Shown: positions 30,951 through 45,773 of the stretch, in pieces | Layout of the letters: the number at the start of each line of letters is the position of its first letter | Position numbering within the stretch: the stretch's first letter is position 1 | Source of the DNA: an uncultured Gemmatimonadales bacterium | GTDB lineage: Bacteria > Gemmatimonadota > Gemmatimonadetes > Gemmatimonadales > Gemmatimonadaceae | Direction: 5' to 3' | DNA length: 64,000 nucleotides | NCBI GenBank assembly: GCA_963850905.1 | Contig: CAWKMU010000003.1 | Coordinates: 2,272,001 to 2,336,000 of the forward strand | Translations under genes and position numbers: made by a program | The notes under the pieces: generated by a model | Databases searched by the model: none | Told to the model about the DNA's origin: nothing | Seen by the model: only the letters and a program-made list of their open reading frames with translations

Positions 30951-32143
30951 TGCCGATCTACCACACACTCGGTCAGATTCCACGCAAACGACACACGGTG
31001 TTTCGCCGGCCCGACGGCGGCCTGTACGCCGAAGAGCTCATGGGGCACGAGGGGTTCACGGGAACGTCGTCGCTCCTGTACCACACCCACCCGCCGACGA
31101 CGGTCAAGTCGGTGCGCCGGATTCGCGACATGGCGTACGAGGCCGACGGCGACGAGGCGCTTCGGCATCGCCATTTCCTTACGTCGCGACTGCGCCCGGG
31201 TGGGAGCCCGACACTCGACCGCACGCCGCTGTTGTTCAATCAGGATGTGGCGATGCTGTTCGTCGAGCCAGACGAGCAGGATCCGCACTTCTACAAGAAC
31301 GGCCAGGCCGACGAGTTGGTGTACGTGAGCAAGGGCAGCGGTGTGTTGGAGTCGGTGTTCGGCGATCTGCCGTACCGCGAGGGCGATTACCTGGTCATTC
31401 ACCGCGGGATCACCCACCGGTTCAAGCTCGATATTGCGGCCGGGCCGACGAAGTTCCTCGTGATCGAAAGTCGGGGACACGTGCGGTGGCCCAAGCGCTA
31501 TCGCAACGAGTTCGGCCAGCTCCTCGAGGGTGCTCCGTACTCGGAGCGTGACATTCGGCGCCCCGCCGAGCTGCGCACGGTCGATCAGATGGGCGACTTT
31601 CGGATTCTCGTCAAACAATACAACGGGCTGAGCGAGATCATTCTCGATCACCATCCGTTCGACGTCATCGGATGGGACGGATATTTCTACCCGTGGGCCT
31701 TCAACATCCACGACTTCGAGCCGATCGTGGGTCGGGTACATCAACCGCCGCCGGTGCACCAGACCTTTCAGGGCGACGGGTTCGTGGTCTGCTCTTTTTG
31801 TCCGCGGCCCTTCGACTTCGATCCGAACGCGGTCCCGGCACCGTACAACCACAGCAACGTCGACTCGGATGAGGTGCTGTACTACGCCTCCAGCGAATTC
31901 ATGAGCCGCAAGGGCATCGAGTTCGGGAGCATCACCCTGCATCCCGACGGGATTCCCCACGGCCCCCATCCGGGTCGGGCCGAAGCCAGCATCGGCGCCA
32001 AGTACACCAACGAGCTGGCGGTGATGATGGATTCCTTCCGGCCACTCAAGATCGCGAAGTCAGCCTTGGCGGTCGAAGACCCGAGTTACCACCGGTCGTG
32101 GGTCGAGGCGCAGCATGTGCAGTTCAATCCGCCGACGACGTAG
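30950..32143 (+). CDS. hmgA: Homogentisate 1,2-dioxygenase
   Basis: HPFDVIGWDG, HQPPPVH, PYNHSNVDSDE, TLHPDGIPHGPHP; coupled to hppD. Confidence 0.92.
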   Translation: MPIYHTLGQIPRKRHTVFRRPDGGLYAEELMGHEGFTGTSSLLYHTHPPTTVKSVRRIRDMAYEADGDEALRHRHFLTSRLRPGGSPTLDRTPLLFNQDVAMLFVEPDEQDPHFYKNGQADELVYVSKGSGVLESVFGDLPYREGDYLVIHRGITHRFKLDIAAGPTKFLVIESRGHVRWPKRYRNEFGQLLEGAPYSERDIRRPAELRTVDQMGDFRILVKQYNGLSEIILDHHPFDVIGWDGYFYPWAFNIHDFEPIVGRVHQPPPVHQTFQGDGFVVCSFCPRPFDFDPNAVPAPYNHSNVDSDEVLYYASSEFMSRKGIEFGSITLHPDGIPHGPHPGRAEASIGAKYTNELAVMMDSFRPLKIAKSALAVEDPSYHRSWVEAQHVQFNPPTT

Positions 32144-32717
32144 CCGGTGATCGGAGTGAGCGGGTCTTGTGCACCGGTACCTCGGTGACGCCGCCCGAGA
32201 CGATGAATGCCATGACTTCTGGACTCTCGGCATCGAGGCGTTGCACGACGCCGACTGGGTAAATGACCAACCGGCCTGACAGGCTGTACGAGAAGGGCAG
32301 ATAGACGGTGACGTGATCGGCGAGGCCGAGCTGTGCCAGCGATTCCTGGGTGATGAATCCCAGGGCGCGGCCTTGGCCGCTCGGGTCGACGGGAACGAGC
32401 ACGGGCGCATTGAATCGCCGATGCTCGCCGACGAAGGCATTGAGCAGATCTTTGGTGGCAGAGTACAATAGCCGCACGAAGGGCAGGCGATTGACCGCGG
32501 CATCGACCGCCGAGAGCAGGCTGGTGGAGAGAATCGTCGAGGCGAGGAACCCAATGAGGGTGATCACTGCCACGGTCACCGCGAACCCCAGCCCGGGCAC
32601 CGGGAGTCGAAGCCACCCGTCGATGGTCTGGAAGATGTAGATGCAGGCGTACGCGGTCACCGCCAGCGGCGCGACGAACACGAGTCCGCGGAGGAAGTAC
32701 GAGACGAGTCGGCGCAT
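32124..32717 (-). CDS. DUF502-family membrane protein
   Basis: FLRGL...PLAVT, RLPFVRLLYS, LGFIT, VYLP, FIVSGG. Confidence 0.85.
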   Translation of the reverse strand: MRRLVSYFLRGLVFVAPLAVTAYACIYIFQTIDGWLRLPVPGLGFAVTVAVITLIGFLASTILSTSLLSAVDAAVNRLPFVRLLYSATKDLLNAFVGEHRRFNAPVLVPVDPSGQGRALGFITQESLAQLGLADHVTVYLPFSYSLSGRLVIYPVGVVQRLDAESPEVMAFIVSGGVTEVPVHKTRSLRSPATSSAD

Positions 32718-33489
32718 GGCGGTAACTTACACGCTCGATGAGCGGAGGCACGCACTGACGGCATGTCGGCGCGCTGCAGCCATCCGGCAGTCCATCGCGT
32801 GGTCGGTTGCCGCGGCGTCGCTGCTCGGTTGCGCGAGCGGGGGCTCCCCGCTGCGGGCACCCCCACTCGCGCCGGGTTCCACCCCGGAACCGGTCCGGTA
32901 CGAGGTCGTCGTGCCCGGGGGCCGACTCGACGTACGCGAACGCCTCGTTCGCGAGCTGTCCGACTCGTTGTTTCATGTCACTCCGTCCGAAGCCGGCCCG
33001 ATCACGGGCTACAACCTGGCACGGCTCGTCAAGGTTCATGTGGATCTGAAAGGGATCGGCAAGGACTCGACGCGTGTCGGGCTGACGGGCGAGCTGTATG
33101 TGGGCGACACGACGCGCCACGACAGTATCTCGGGACTCCCGGAGCGATGGCGTCTCATCACCGCAACCGACGCTCGCTCGCTCGTGTTGCGTGACCTTGC
33201 GCGAGCTGCGCGGGCGAATCGCGGCGACGTGCAATTCGCCGAGCCAACTGGCGAGGCGGACGCCGGTCCGGCGGACCGTGGCGTGGAGGGGTCCACAGGG
33301 GACCCGCGGGTCGTGGCTGTCCTCGCCGGTACGCCGGTGGGCCATACGGTCGACGTGTGCCGCAGTGCGTCAGTGCCCCCCGGCTGGCTGATCCTGTACT
33401 GGTCGCTCGATCGCACGCGGTGCACCCACCTCTCGGACAGTCGCTATCCGGGCGAACCCAACGTGATGCGGATCGAGCGCGAATGGTGA
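32716..33489 (+). CDS. Hypothetical lipoprotein (start uncertain)
   Basis: Lipobox LLGC; C-terminal two-Cys module. Confidence 0.55.
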   Translation: MAVTYTLDERRHALTACRRAAAIRQSIAWSVAAASLLGCASGGSPLRAPPLAPGSTPEPVRYEVVVPGGRLDVRERLVRELSDSLFHVTPSEAGPITGYNLARLVKVHVDLKGIGKDSTRVGLTGELYVGDTTRHDSISGLPERWRLITATDARSLVLRDLARAARANRGDVQFAEPTGEADAGPADRGVEGSTGDPRVVAVLAGTPVGHTVDVCRSASVPPGWLILYWSLDRTRCTHLSDSRYPGEPNVMRIEREW

Positions 33490-33528
33490 CGAGCGTGAAA
33501 CGCTCGTAGCAGCGCCTCGTCATCCAGT

Positions 33529-35271
33529 GTGCCCCCGCCTACCGCGCCCGAGCCGAGCCTCGCTCCGACGCTGATCCCCCGGCTGACTCCCAACGGTGGG
33601 GGGCGGCTGTCTGCCCCGCGCGAGCTCACGACTCTCGAAGGTCTCGCGTTCCTCGATGTCAATGATGGGGCGGAGCGTCGGGGCGCCCGGTTGCGCACGA
33701 AGATCATTCTCTTCGTCATCGTGTCGCTGCTGCCGGTGTTCTTCATCCTGAGCGCCGTGTATCTCCCACGCGAGTTCTGGGAAGTACAGCTGGCGGAGGC
33801 TCGCGAGAGCGCCGGCACCGTCGCGGCGATCATCGGGCGCCATGCAACCGCGGAAGAGATCGACGACGCATTCGGGGCGTCGCTGGGCCAACTCGTGTTT
33901 CTGGGGGTCGTCGACTCCTCGGGTCATGTCGTCCTCGCGCGGTCCTCGCGCACGCAGCGCACGGCACCCCCCGAAGTCATGGCAGCGCCGTTCCTCGACG
34001 GGCTGCGCCGCGACCAGGAAGGGACGCTCTGGGTTGTGCGTCCGACGCGAGACCGGCAGCGCGTCGTGCTCGGCTGGTCGCTCGAACGGGCAACGGCGGC
34101 GTGGTACAAGACACGCACGGTGTTTGGCGGGGCCACGTTTGCCGCCGTGGCCATCGCCTCGCTCATCGCCTATATGCTGTCGCGGTCCGTGACGCGACCG
34201 CTCGAGTCCGTGACTGTCTCGCTGGACCAGCTGACCCGCCAACCACGCTGGGACCTCCGAACGCGGGTCGCCGTTCGCACGCAGGATGAGATCGGCGACC
34301 TCGCCGTTTGCGTCAACCGCTTCATCGCCGAGCTCGCGCAGGTCGTCGCGGCGACGCGCGCGAGCGCGGAACAGGTCGTACGGCGGACGGAGGATCTGAG
34401 CGCGTCGACGCAGGAGCTCAGTGCATCCGGCCAGGAGCTCACGGCGACCGTCGAGCACGTGGCGGCCGATGCCGCGGCGCAGGCGACCGCCGCCACCCGC
34501 ACGCGAGAGGAGGCTATCGCCGCGGGCGCTGCCGCGGAGGCCGTGCTTGGCGCGAGTCAGCGAGGCCGACGCGATCGCGGAGGACACGCTTCACGCGGCG
34601 CAGGCTGCTCTGTCGGGCGTGGCCGACGCCGACGCGGCGATCGAACGCATTGTGGCCAGCGGCCGCGGAGGCGCGGGGCAGCTTCACGGAGGTCGAAAAG
34701 CGGCTGCGCGCGATCGCGGGAGCGACGACGAGCATCGCCGGCATCGCCCACACCACCAACCTGATCGCGCTCAACGCCGCGATCGAGGCCGCGCGTGCGG
34801 GTGAGCATGGTCGGGGATTCGCAGTCGTCGCCGACGAGGTCCGCAAGCTCGCTCGCGCGTCGGCGCGCCTCGTGGAGCAGATCCGGGGTGAGGTGGTGCT
34901 GATTCAGCAGGGTACGCGTGCCACCGCGAGCGATCTCGAACGTGCGAACGACGAGGTCATGGCCGGCCGCAAAGTCATCGGCGACGACGGCCACGGCTAT
35001 TCGCCAATCGGCGACGCGCGTCGAAGAAGCCGCGACGATCGTGCGCGGCGTCGCCGAGCTCGCGAATGCGCAGCGCGAGGCCGTTCGCCGCATCGAAGGA
35101 CAGGCGGCGCACGTGGCCGCTCTGTCCGGCAACCAGGCGACCGCGGCCGCGCAGATGGCGGCGTCAACCGGCGGCCAGGCCTCGGTCATCGCCACGGCCG
35201 TCGCCGACCTGAGTGCATTACAGCGCGTGGTCGTCGAGTTGCTGGACGCCGTCGACCGGTTCCAGGTGTAA
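33529..35271 (+). CDS. Methyl-accepting chemotaxis protein, three +1 frameshifts
   Basis: Two TM helices, HAMP (QDEIGDLA), signalling hairpin [33 protein letters not shown]. Confidence 0.85.
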
Positions 35272-35337
35272 GCAACCTGGTGTCAGGGCGACGGCGGCGC
35301 GTTAGCGGCCAGTCGCCCCACGTAGTTTTCGGCACTC

Positions 35338-36427
35338 GTGCGAACGCAGCGTAGTTTCCAGTACACGACGCTTTGCGGAAACGTGTACGCGGGCGTCCGC
35401 CGTCCGCGGCCGACGCAGGGACGCGAGCTGGCCGGCCCGCCCCGCTCGGAGTCCCGCGCGGCGGCAGTGCGAGATGGCGCGCCGCAGGCGGCGGAGTCCG
35501 ATCGCGCGAGGTCGTGGCACTCGTGGGCCTCGACCTCGACGTGCGATCCGGCGAGTTCTTTGGGCTGCTGGGTCCCAACGGCGCGGGCAAGACCACGACG
35601 ATCGGCATTCTGACCACACGCGTGCGGCCAACGGGCGGCGAGGCGATCGTGGCCGGAGCCGACGTCCGTGCGACTCCCGTGACCGTCCGGCAGCGGATCG
35701 GTGTCGTCCCGCAGCGTCCCAATCCGGACCGCAGCCTCAGCGTGCTGGAGAACCTGGTCTTTCATGCAGCGTACTTCGGCGTCCGGGACGGCCCTGCAAC
35801 CGCGCGCGCGCGGGCTGCTCCTCGAGCATTCTGGCATCGCCGATAAGGCCAGGGCGAAAGTCGACGAGCTGTCCGGCGGCCAGCAGCAGCGGTTGATGAT
35901 CGCCCGCGCGCTGATTCACGAGCCGACCGTGCTCTTCCTCGACGAGCCGACCGTCGGTCTCGATCCGCAGGCCCGACACGCGCTGTGGGAGATCCTGCGC
36001 GAGCTGCACGCGCAGGACCGGACGATCGTCATGACAACGCACTACATGGACGAGGCCGACCAGCTGTGCGAACGGACTCGCCATCGTCGATGGAGGTCGG
36101 CTGCTCGCTGTGGACACGCCCAGCGCGCTCAAGGCGCAGGCGCCGGGTGGCACGCTGATCGAGCTCGCGCTCGACGGTGACGCGGCCGCGGCCGCGGCCC
36201 GCGCGAGCGCGCTTCCGAACGTGCTCTCGGCGGACGGGCGCGGCGAGCTGCTGCGGGTGTACAGTCCCCGCGGCGGCCAGATCATTCCGGCACTCATCGA
36301 GGTCGCACAGGCGACAGGGCGCGCGGTCACGAACATTCACCTCGCGAGCCCAAGCCTCGAGACGCTGTTCATTTCCCTGACTGGCCACGGGCTGACCTCT
36401 GACCAACGGGGCGGAGCGGCGCCGTGA
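35338..36427 (+). CDS. ABC exporter ATP-binding subunit, frameshifted
   Basis: [24 protein letters not shown] and TTHYM lie in successive frames; start uncertain. Confidence 0.85.
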
Positions 36428-37271
36428 CCACAGGCATCGACGTCGTCCCGCGCGTCGGAGCTCCCGACGTCGCTCGCCGCATCGCGCCGCCGCCGCCGCA
36501 CGCCCTGTGGGTCTTCGGTGCGCTTCTCCGGCGCGACGTCCGCGTGTTACGTCGCGAGTTGCCGTATTTTCTCGTCCGCACCGTCATGCAGCCGATGCTG
36601 TTCATCGTCGTGTTCGGCGCGTTGCTGCCGAAGATGGGGTTCGTGCGCGGCGGCTACACGACCGCGCTGCTGCCCGGCGTCCTGGCGCGTCAGCCTGACG
36701 CTGTCGGCCATCCAGTCGGTCGTGCTGCCGATGGTTCAGGATTTCGGCTGGACGCGGGAGATCGAGGACCGGTTGTTGGCGCCGATTCCGATACCCCTGA
36801 TTGCAGTCGAGAAGATCGTGATCGGAGTCGTGCAGGGCATCATCGCCGGCATCGTCGTGCTGCCCGCCTCGCGCCTCATCATGGGACCGATCCCGGGCCT
36901 CACGCTGGCGCATGCGGGTACCGTGGTCGCCGTGACATTGCTGGGGGCGGCCACGTTCTCTACGCTGGGCCTGCTCATGGGATCGGTCATCAACCCGACA
37001 GCAAATCGGCCTGATGTTCAGTACTATCGTCGCGCCCATGATTTTCTTCGGCTGCGCGTATTATCCATGGCGCGGCCTCGATGCGGTGCCGGTGGCGAAA
37101 TACGCCGTTCTGGTCAATCCGCTCGTCTATGTGGCAGAGGGGATGCGGGCAGCACTGACACCGGACGTGCCCCACATGTCGCTGGCCGCGGTGGTCGGGG
37201 CGCAGCTTCTGATCCTGATCCTGTTTTTCACGTTGGGGCTCCGCAGCTTCATGCGGCGGGCACTGGGGTAA
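36424..37271 (+). CDS. ABC-2 type permease, frameshifted
   Basis: MQPMLF, REIEDRLLAP, NPLVYVAEGMR spread across three frames. Confidence 0.8.
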
Positions 37272-37276
37272 CGAAC

Positions 37277-39319
37277 ATGGCGATTGCGGGCGGTGTGGCG
37301 ACTGAGACCGTGAACGGCAGTGGCGCGGCGGCGGTGACGACGGAGGCCGAGCGACAGCGCGGGCCCGGCGCGCAGTCTGGGCGGCGGGGCGCTGCCGCAC
37401 CCGTGGACCATCGAGGACGCGCGGGCGCTCTACAACATTGAAGGCTGGGGGGCGGGGTTCTTCGACGTGAACCCGCGCGGCCACGTCGTCGTGCGTCCCG
37501 ATGCCGAGCCAGCCCGATCGGGAGTTGGATCTCTTCGAGGTCGCGCACGACCTGGAAGAGCAGGGGCTGGCGCTGCCGGTGCTGCTGCGATTCTCGGACA
37601 TTCTCCGCTCGCGACTGGCGGCCGTCAGTATGCGCTTCTCCGAGGCGATACAGGAGTTCGGATACACCGGCGGCTACACGACGGTGTATCCCGATCAAGG
37701 TCAACCAGCAGCGGCACGTCGTGGAGGAGATCGTGCGGTTCGGGGCATCGCACGGAGTCGGATTGGAGTGCGGGTCCAAGCCGGAGCTCCAGGCGGTGCT
37801 CGCGATGTCCGAGTCGACCGAGCACATGATCGTCTGCAACGGGTACAAGGACGAGGAGTTCATGCGACTGGCCCTGATGGGCCAGCGGCTGGGGCATCAG
37901 GTGTTCATCGTGCTCGAGCAGTTGAGCGAGATCGACGTGCTGCTGCAAGCGGCCGACGACCTGGGCGTCACGCCCACGGCCGGCGTCCGCATCAAGCTGC
38001 GCTCTGCCGGGTTTGGCCGGTGGGCGCAGAGCGGCGGTGAGCGATCGAAGTTCGGGTCTGACCGCTGCGCAGCTGGTGAAGGCGGTCGATCGTCTGGCCG
38101 CCGCCGGGACGACTCGACATTCTCAAGCTGATCCACTTCCACCTGGGCAGTCAGATCAGCGACATCCGCTATATCAAGGCGGGCCTGCAGGAGATCGCCC
38201 GCTTCTATGCGGAGCTGCGTGCCATGGGCGTCGACATCACGCACGTCGACGTCGGCGGTGGACTCGGGGTGGACTACGACGGTTCGTCGTCGACGGCCGA
38301 CGCGAGCGTCAACTACACGCTCCAGGAGTACGCCAACGACGTCATCTACGTCCTCGGCGAGACCTGCCGGGAGCTCGAGCTGCCGATGCCGCACGTCATC
38401 AGCGAGTCCGGCCGCGCGTTGACGGCGCACCACGCGCTGCTGTTGCTCAAGGTGATCGATGTCGAGTCCCAGGCCGAGCCGGTGCTTCCAGAGGTGACCG
38501 AGGACGACCACCCGCTGCTTCAGGACATGGCTGGCGACTACCGTGACCTCATCAAGCCCGGTGTGCGCGGGCCGCCGGGTGGTGGAGGCGTATCACGACG
38601 CGACCTTCGACCGCGAACGCGCGCACGAGCTCTTCACGAGCGGCGTGCTCACGCTGAGCGGGCGCGCGGCGGCGGAGCAGATCTACTATTGCATCCTCAA
38701 TGCGGTCGCCCGGATCGCGGACCGCGACCCGGGGCGCTACGACGAGATCCGGCCTGACGTCGAGGCCACGCTCGTCGACCGGTACTTCTGCAACTTCTCC
38801 CTGTTTCAATCGCTGCCGGACAGCTGGGCGATCGACCAGGTCTTCCCGATCATGCCGATCCATCGCCTGACGGAGCCGCCGAGTCGGCGCGGCACGATTC
38901 AGGACATCACGTGCGACTCGGACGGGAAGATCGATCATTTCGTCCGGCGCGGTCGCGGCCCTGCGCTCAACGTCAATCTCCATCCGCACCGCGATGCGGA
39001 GGAATACATCCTCGGGATCTTCCTCACCGGTGCGTATCAGGAGATCCTCGGCGATCTCCACAACCTGTTTGGCGACACGAACGCGGTACACGTGCGACTG
39101 TCGCCCACCGGCTACGAAGTCACGGACGTCGTGCACGGCGACACGGTGACGGAAGTGCTCGAGTACGTGCAGTTCCAGCCCTCGGTCTTACTTACGACAT
39201 TCCGGCGAAAGGTCGCTGGCGCAAAAGGTCTCTCGCGGCAGGACGCGAACACGTTCATCGCGGAATTCGTGGCCGGGCTGGAGGGGTACACGTATCTGGA
39301 GGGGGAGGCGGCGCAGTAG
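37277..39319 (+). CDS. speA: Biosynthetic arginine decarboxylase, multiple +1 frameshifts
   Basis: [70 protein letters not shown]. Confidence 0.93.
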
Positions 39320-39591
39320 GGCGTTACTGCAGCGGTCAGGGATCACGGTCAGGAACCAGCAACAACAACCGCAACGACGACGGAGGGCGGCCTGAAGGCC
39401 GCCCCTACATGTCGGTATGGACGGCGAAGCTCCCGGGTGTCGCCCGGGTTTCAATCACGGTCGACGAAATGGAATCTGGGGCCGTCCGCAGGGACATGTA
39501 GGGGCGGGCTTCAGCCCGCCCCTGTTTTTCATCGGCGTCGTTGTAGCGGTTGTTCCGTGATTCCTGATCCCAGACCCGCAGCGAAGCCCTA
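39317..39591. repeat. Long imperfect inverted repeat containing two GTAG-type REPs
   Basis: REPs at 39385-39408 (minus) and 39498-39521 (plus); similar outer arms begin with TAGGGC on both sides. Confidence 0.8.
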
Positions 39592-40238
39592 CCGCGGGCC
39601 TTGTCGAACCGCTTCCCCACCTCGCCCCAGTTCACCACGTTCCAGAAGGCCGCGATGTAGTCAGGCCGCCGGTTCTGGTACTTCAAGTAGTACGCATGTT
39701 CCCACACGTCGAGGCCGAGGAGTATGTCGCCGGGACGGGCGCCATCCATGACCGGGTTGTCCTGGTTGGGCGTGGATGTGATTGCGAGCTTGCCACCCTG
39801 ATGCAGCAGCCACGCCCAGCCCGAGCCGAATCGGCCGCTGGCCGCGGCAGCGAATTGCTCCTTGAACTTGGCGAAATCACCAAAGGAGGAGCGAATCGCC
39901 TCGGCGAGCGCGCCCGACGGCTCGCCACCCCGTTTTGCCGGGTCGAGCCACAGCCAGAACAGCGAGTGATTCCAGTGTCCGCCGCCGTTGTTGCGGACCG
40001 CGGTGCGTACCGACTCCGGGACCTTGGCCAGTCCCGCCAACAGGTGATCGAGCGACTGACCGGCGAGCTCGGGTGCCTTGCCGATGGCCGCGTTGAGGTT
40101 CGTGACGTACGCGCCGTGATGCTTGTCGTGGTGGATCTGCATAGTCTGCGCGTCGATGTACGGCTCGAGCGCGTCGAACGCATACGGCAGCGGTGGCAGT
40201 GTGAAAGGAGCAGCTGGGGGCGCGGCAGTGGCAGCCAT
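39589..40238 (-). CDS. sodA: Superoxide dismutase, Mn-type; ORF as assembled reads on to 39405
   Basis: [39 protein letters not shown] homology ends near 39595. Confidence 0.93.
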
Positions 40239-40286
40239 TGGATGAGACCCGGTGAGGGTGGGATATCAAAACAACGCGCGAAAGGC

Positions 40287-40943
40287 TCAGGAGGACGATG
40301 GCGGCGTGACGACAGCGACCCGAGCGGTACGGCGCTCGCGCCACCACCCCATGATGCCCGGCAGAATGGATACAAAGATCACGCCAATGATCACGAGCTC
40401 GATGTGGCGCGCCACGCCCGGCACGTATTGGCCTAGAAAATAGCCGAAACACAGCATTCCCCAGATCCAGGCTGTACCGCCGAGGACGCTGAACGTCAGG
40501 AATGTCCGGTAATCCATGCGTCCCACCCCGGCGACGAGTGGGGCAAAGGTCCGGACAATCGGCACGAAGCGCGCGAGGAAGACCGTCTTGGGTCCGTAGC
40601 GCGCGTAGAAGTCGTGCGCGCGATCGACGTACGCGCGCTTGAAGAAAAGCGAGTCGTCGCGGCGAAAGACGCGCGGACCGGAGAGCCGCCCGATCCAGTA
40701 ATTCGTGTTGTCGCCCGCGATGGCCGCGACGGCCAGCAGCCCGCACAGGGCTGCGAGACTCAAGGGCAGGCCCTGCGAGATGAGCAATCCCGCGGTGACG
40801 AGCAGGGAATCGCCCGGCAAGAAGAAGCCGACGAAGAGTCCCGTCTCCGTGAAGACGATCGCCGCAAGGCCGACATAGCCCGCCCACTGCACAAGCGCGG
40901 GCAGGTCCGAGAGGCGTTGAATGAGCGTGTGTGCGAGGTCCAT
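40287..40943 (-). CDS. DedA-family (VTT domain) membrane protein
   Basis: FTETGLFVGFFLPGDSLL, ARFVPIVRTFAP. Confidence 0.92.
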   Translation of the reverse strand: MDLAHTLIQRLSDLPALVQWAGYVGLAAIVFTETGLFVGFFLPGDSLLVTAGLLISQGLPLSLAALCGLLAVAAIAGDNTNYWIGRLSGPRVFRRDDSLFFKRAYVDRAHDFYARYGPKTVFLARFVPIVRTFAPLVAGVGRMDYRTFLTFSVLGGTAWIWGMLCFGYFLGQYVPGVARHIELVIIGVIFVSILPGIMGWWRERRTARVAVVTPPSSS

Positions 40944-40989
40944 TGGAAGGAAGCTAGCGAAGAGCCCCTGGACGGATTAGGGGTTAGGC

Positions 40990-41748
40990 ATGTCGTTGCT
41001 CGACCGTGTCGTCGTCGTGCTGTACGAGCCTCAGGATCCCGTCAACATCGCCGCGACGGCCCGGGCGATGAAGAACATGGGGGTGTCGGAGCTGCGGCTG
41101 GTCCGTCCCGTGGCCTACGAGCCCGAGCGATTGGAATACGTCGCGCATGGCACGGCCGACTTGATCGCGGCCGCGCGGCACGAGGCTGACCTCGACGCGG
41201 CGATTGCCGACTGCGCCGACGTCGTCGCCTTTACCGCCCGGCGGCGCGCGGCCAAGCGGACCGTGCTCACACCGCGCGAGGTGGCCCGGCGATTGCTCGA
41301 CGCTTCCGCGGCAGGCGCCGGGCCGGTCGCCGTCTTGTTCGGACGGGAGGATGCTGGCCTACCAAACGCGGCCGTAGACCGCGCGCGGGCGGTCTGCACG
41401 ATTCCGACTGCTGCGCACGCGTCGCTCAATCTGGCGCAGGCCGTAATCATCGCGCTCTACGAGCTGCACCTCGCCGCGGGCGATGCGACGCGGGCGCTTG
41501 CCCCGCCCCGCCACGACGTTCCGGCCGCCCGCGCCGAGCAGTTCGAGCAGTTCTTCACCGACACCGCGCGGGCGCTGACCGCGATCGATTTCTTCAGGAC
41601 GCGCCACCCCGAACACGTCATGCGGACGGTCCGATCACTCGCGAGCCGTGCCGCACCCGACGCGCGCGAGATCACACTGCTCCGCGCCATGGCGCTCGAG
41701 GTCTTGCGAACGATCGACCGCTTGGGCATCATACCGCGCACCGAATGA
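40990..41748 (+). CDS. TrmJ/LasT-type SPOUT RNA methyltransferase
   Basis: NIAATARAMKNMG, LFGREDAGL, SLNLAQA. Confidence 0.88.
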   Translation: MSLLDRVVVVLYEPQDPVNIAATARAMKNMGVSELRLVRPVAYEPERLEYVAHGTADLIAAARHEADLDAAIADCADVVAFTARRRAAKRTVLTPREVARRLLDASAAGAGPVAVLFGREDAGLPNAAVDRARAVCTIPTAAHASLNLAQAVIIALYELHLAAGDATRALAPPRHDVPAARAEQFEQFFTDTARALTAIDFFRTRHPEHVMRTVRSLASRAAPDAREITLLRAMALEVLRTIDRLGIIPRTE

Positions 41749-41809
41749 CTTTGTGAAAAAGTTCACAACGTCGCCGTCTTCCTCGAGCCGATACGGCGGA
41801 TTGCATTGA

Positions 41810-42596
41810 ATGACAAGACGGAGGCAGTGGGCGGCGATTCCGGCGTTCGTCGCTATCGCTTCTGCCGTGGCCGCATTGGCGGCATACCAGGGCGCCTCGT
41901 CGCAGCAGGTCGCGACGCCGAAACCTCCCAGCGACACTGTCATCACGCACGACCCAGGGCCGGGTCCGTGGGGCTACCACGGGGCCTCGTCCCCGCAGGG
42001 GTACAGCCCCGTGCAGCCGATCAAGTTCCCCCACCCGAAGCACGTGCAGGGCTTGGGGATGAACTGCGTGTATTGCCACTTTTCTGCCAACAAGTCGATG
42101 GACCCCGGGCTGCCCGGCGGTCGGGACTTGCATGGGATGCCATCAGTTCACGTTCAAGCTGGCCAGGCGGCCAGAGATCGTGAAGCTGACCGACTACTGG
42201 AACAAGAAGCAGCCCATTCCATGGGTTCGCATTCATCGGCTGCCGGAGTACGTCCACTTCCCCCACATGCGTCACGTCAACGCCGGCGTGACCTGCCAGA
42301 CGTGCCACGGCCAGATCCAGGAGATGTACCAGGTCTACCAGTTTGCCTCGCTGAACATGGGCTGGTGCGTCAACTGCCACGTCAATGGCTACACGGCTGC
42401 CCAGGGTGACGAGGCGGCCGGCGAGTCCGCGCGGCGCCTCGGCCCGCCTGGCGCGACGTCCGTCGCCAATGTCGGGGCAAACGGAACGACCGAGTCGAAG
42501 AACGGCACGCCGGGTGACACCGGCCGCAACATTGGACCGCCGCTGACCGACCAGGTGCACCGGGCGCGGTACGACTGCAGCACATGCCACTTCTGA
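41810..42596 (+). CDS. actA: Alternative complex III pentaheme cytochrome c, one frameshift
   Basis: QPIKFPH; CVYCH, CMGCH, CQTCH, CVNCH, CSTCH; WVRIHRLPEYVHFPH. Confidence 0.88.
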
Positions 42597-42627
42597 CCGC
42601 GCATGTTCCCGCATGAGGGCGAGCCCG

Positions 42628-45760
<3,133 letters not shown>

Positions 45761-45773
45761 CGGAGGCGTACGA

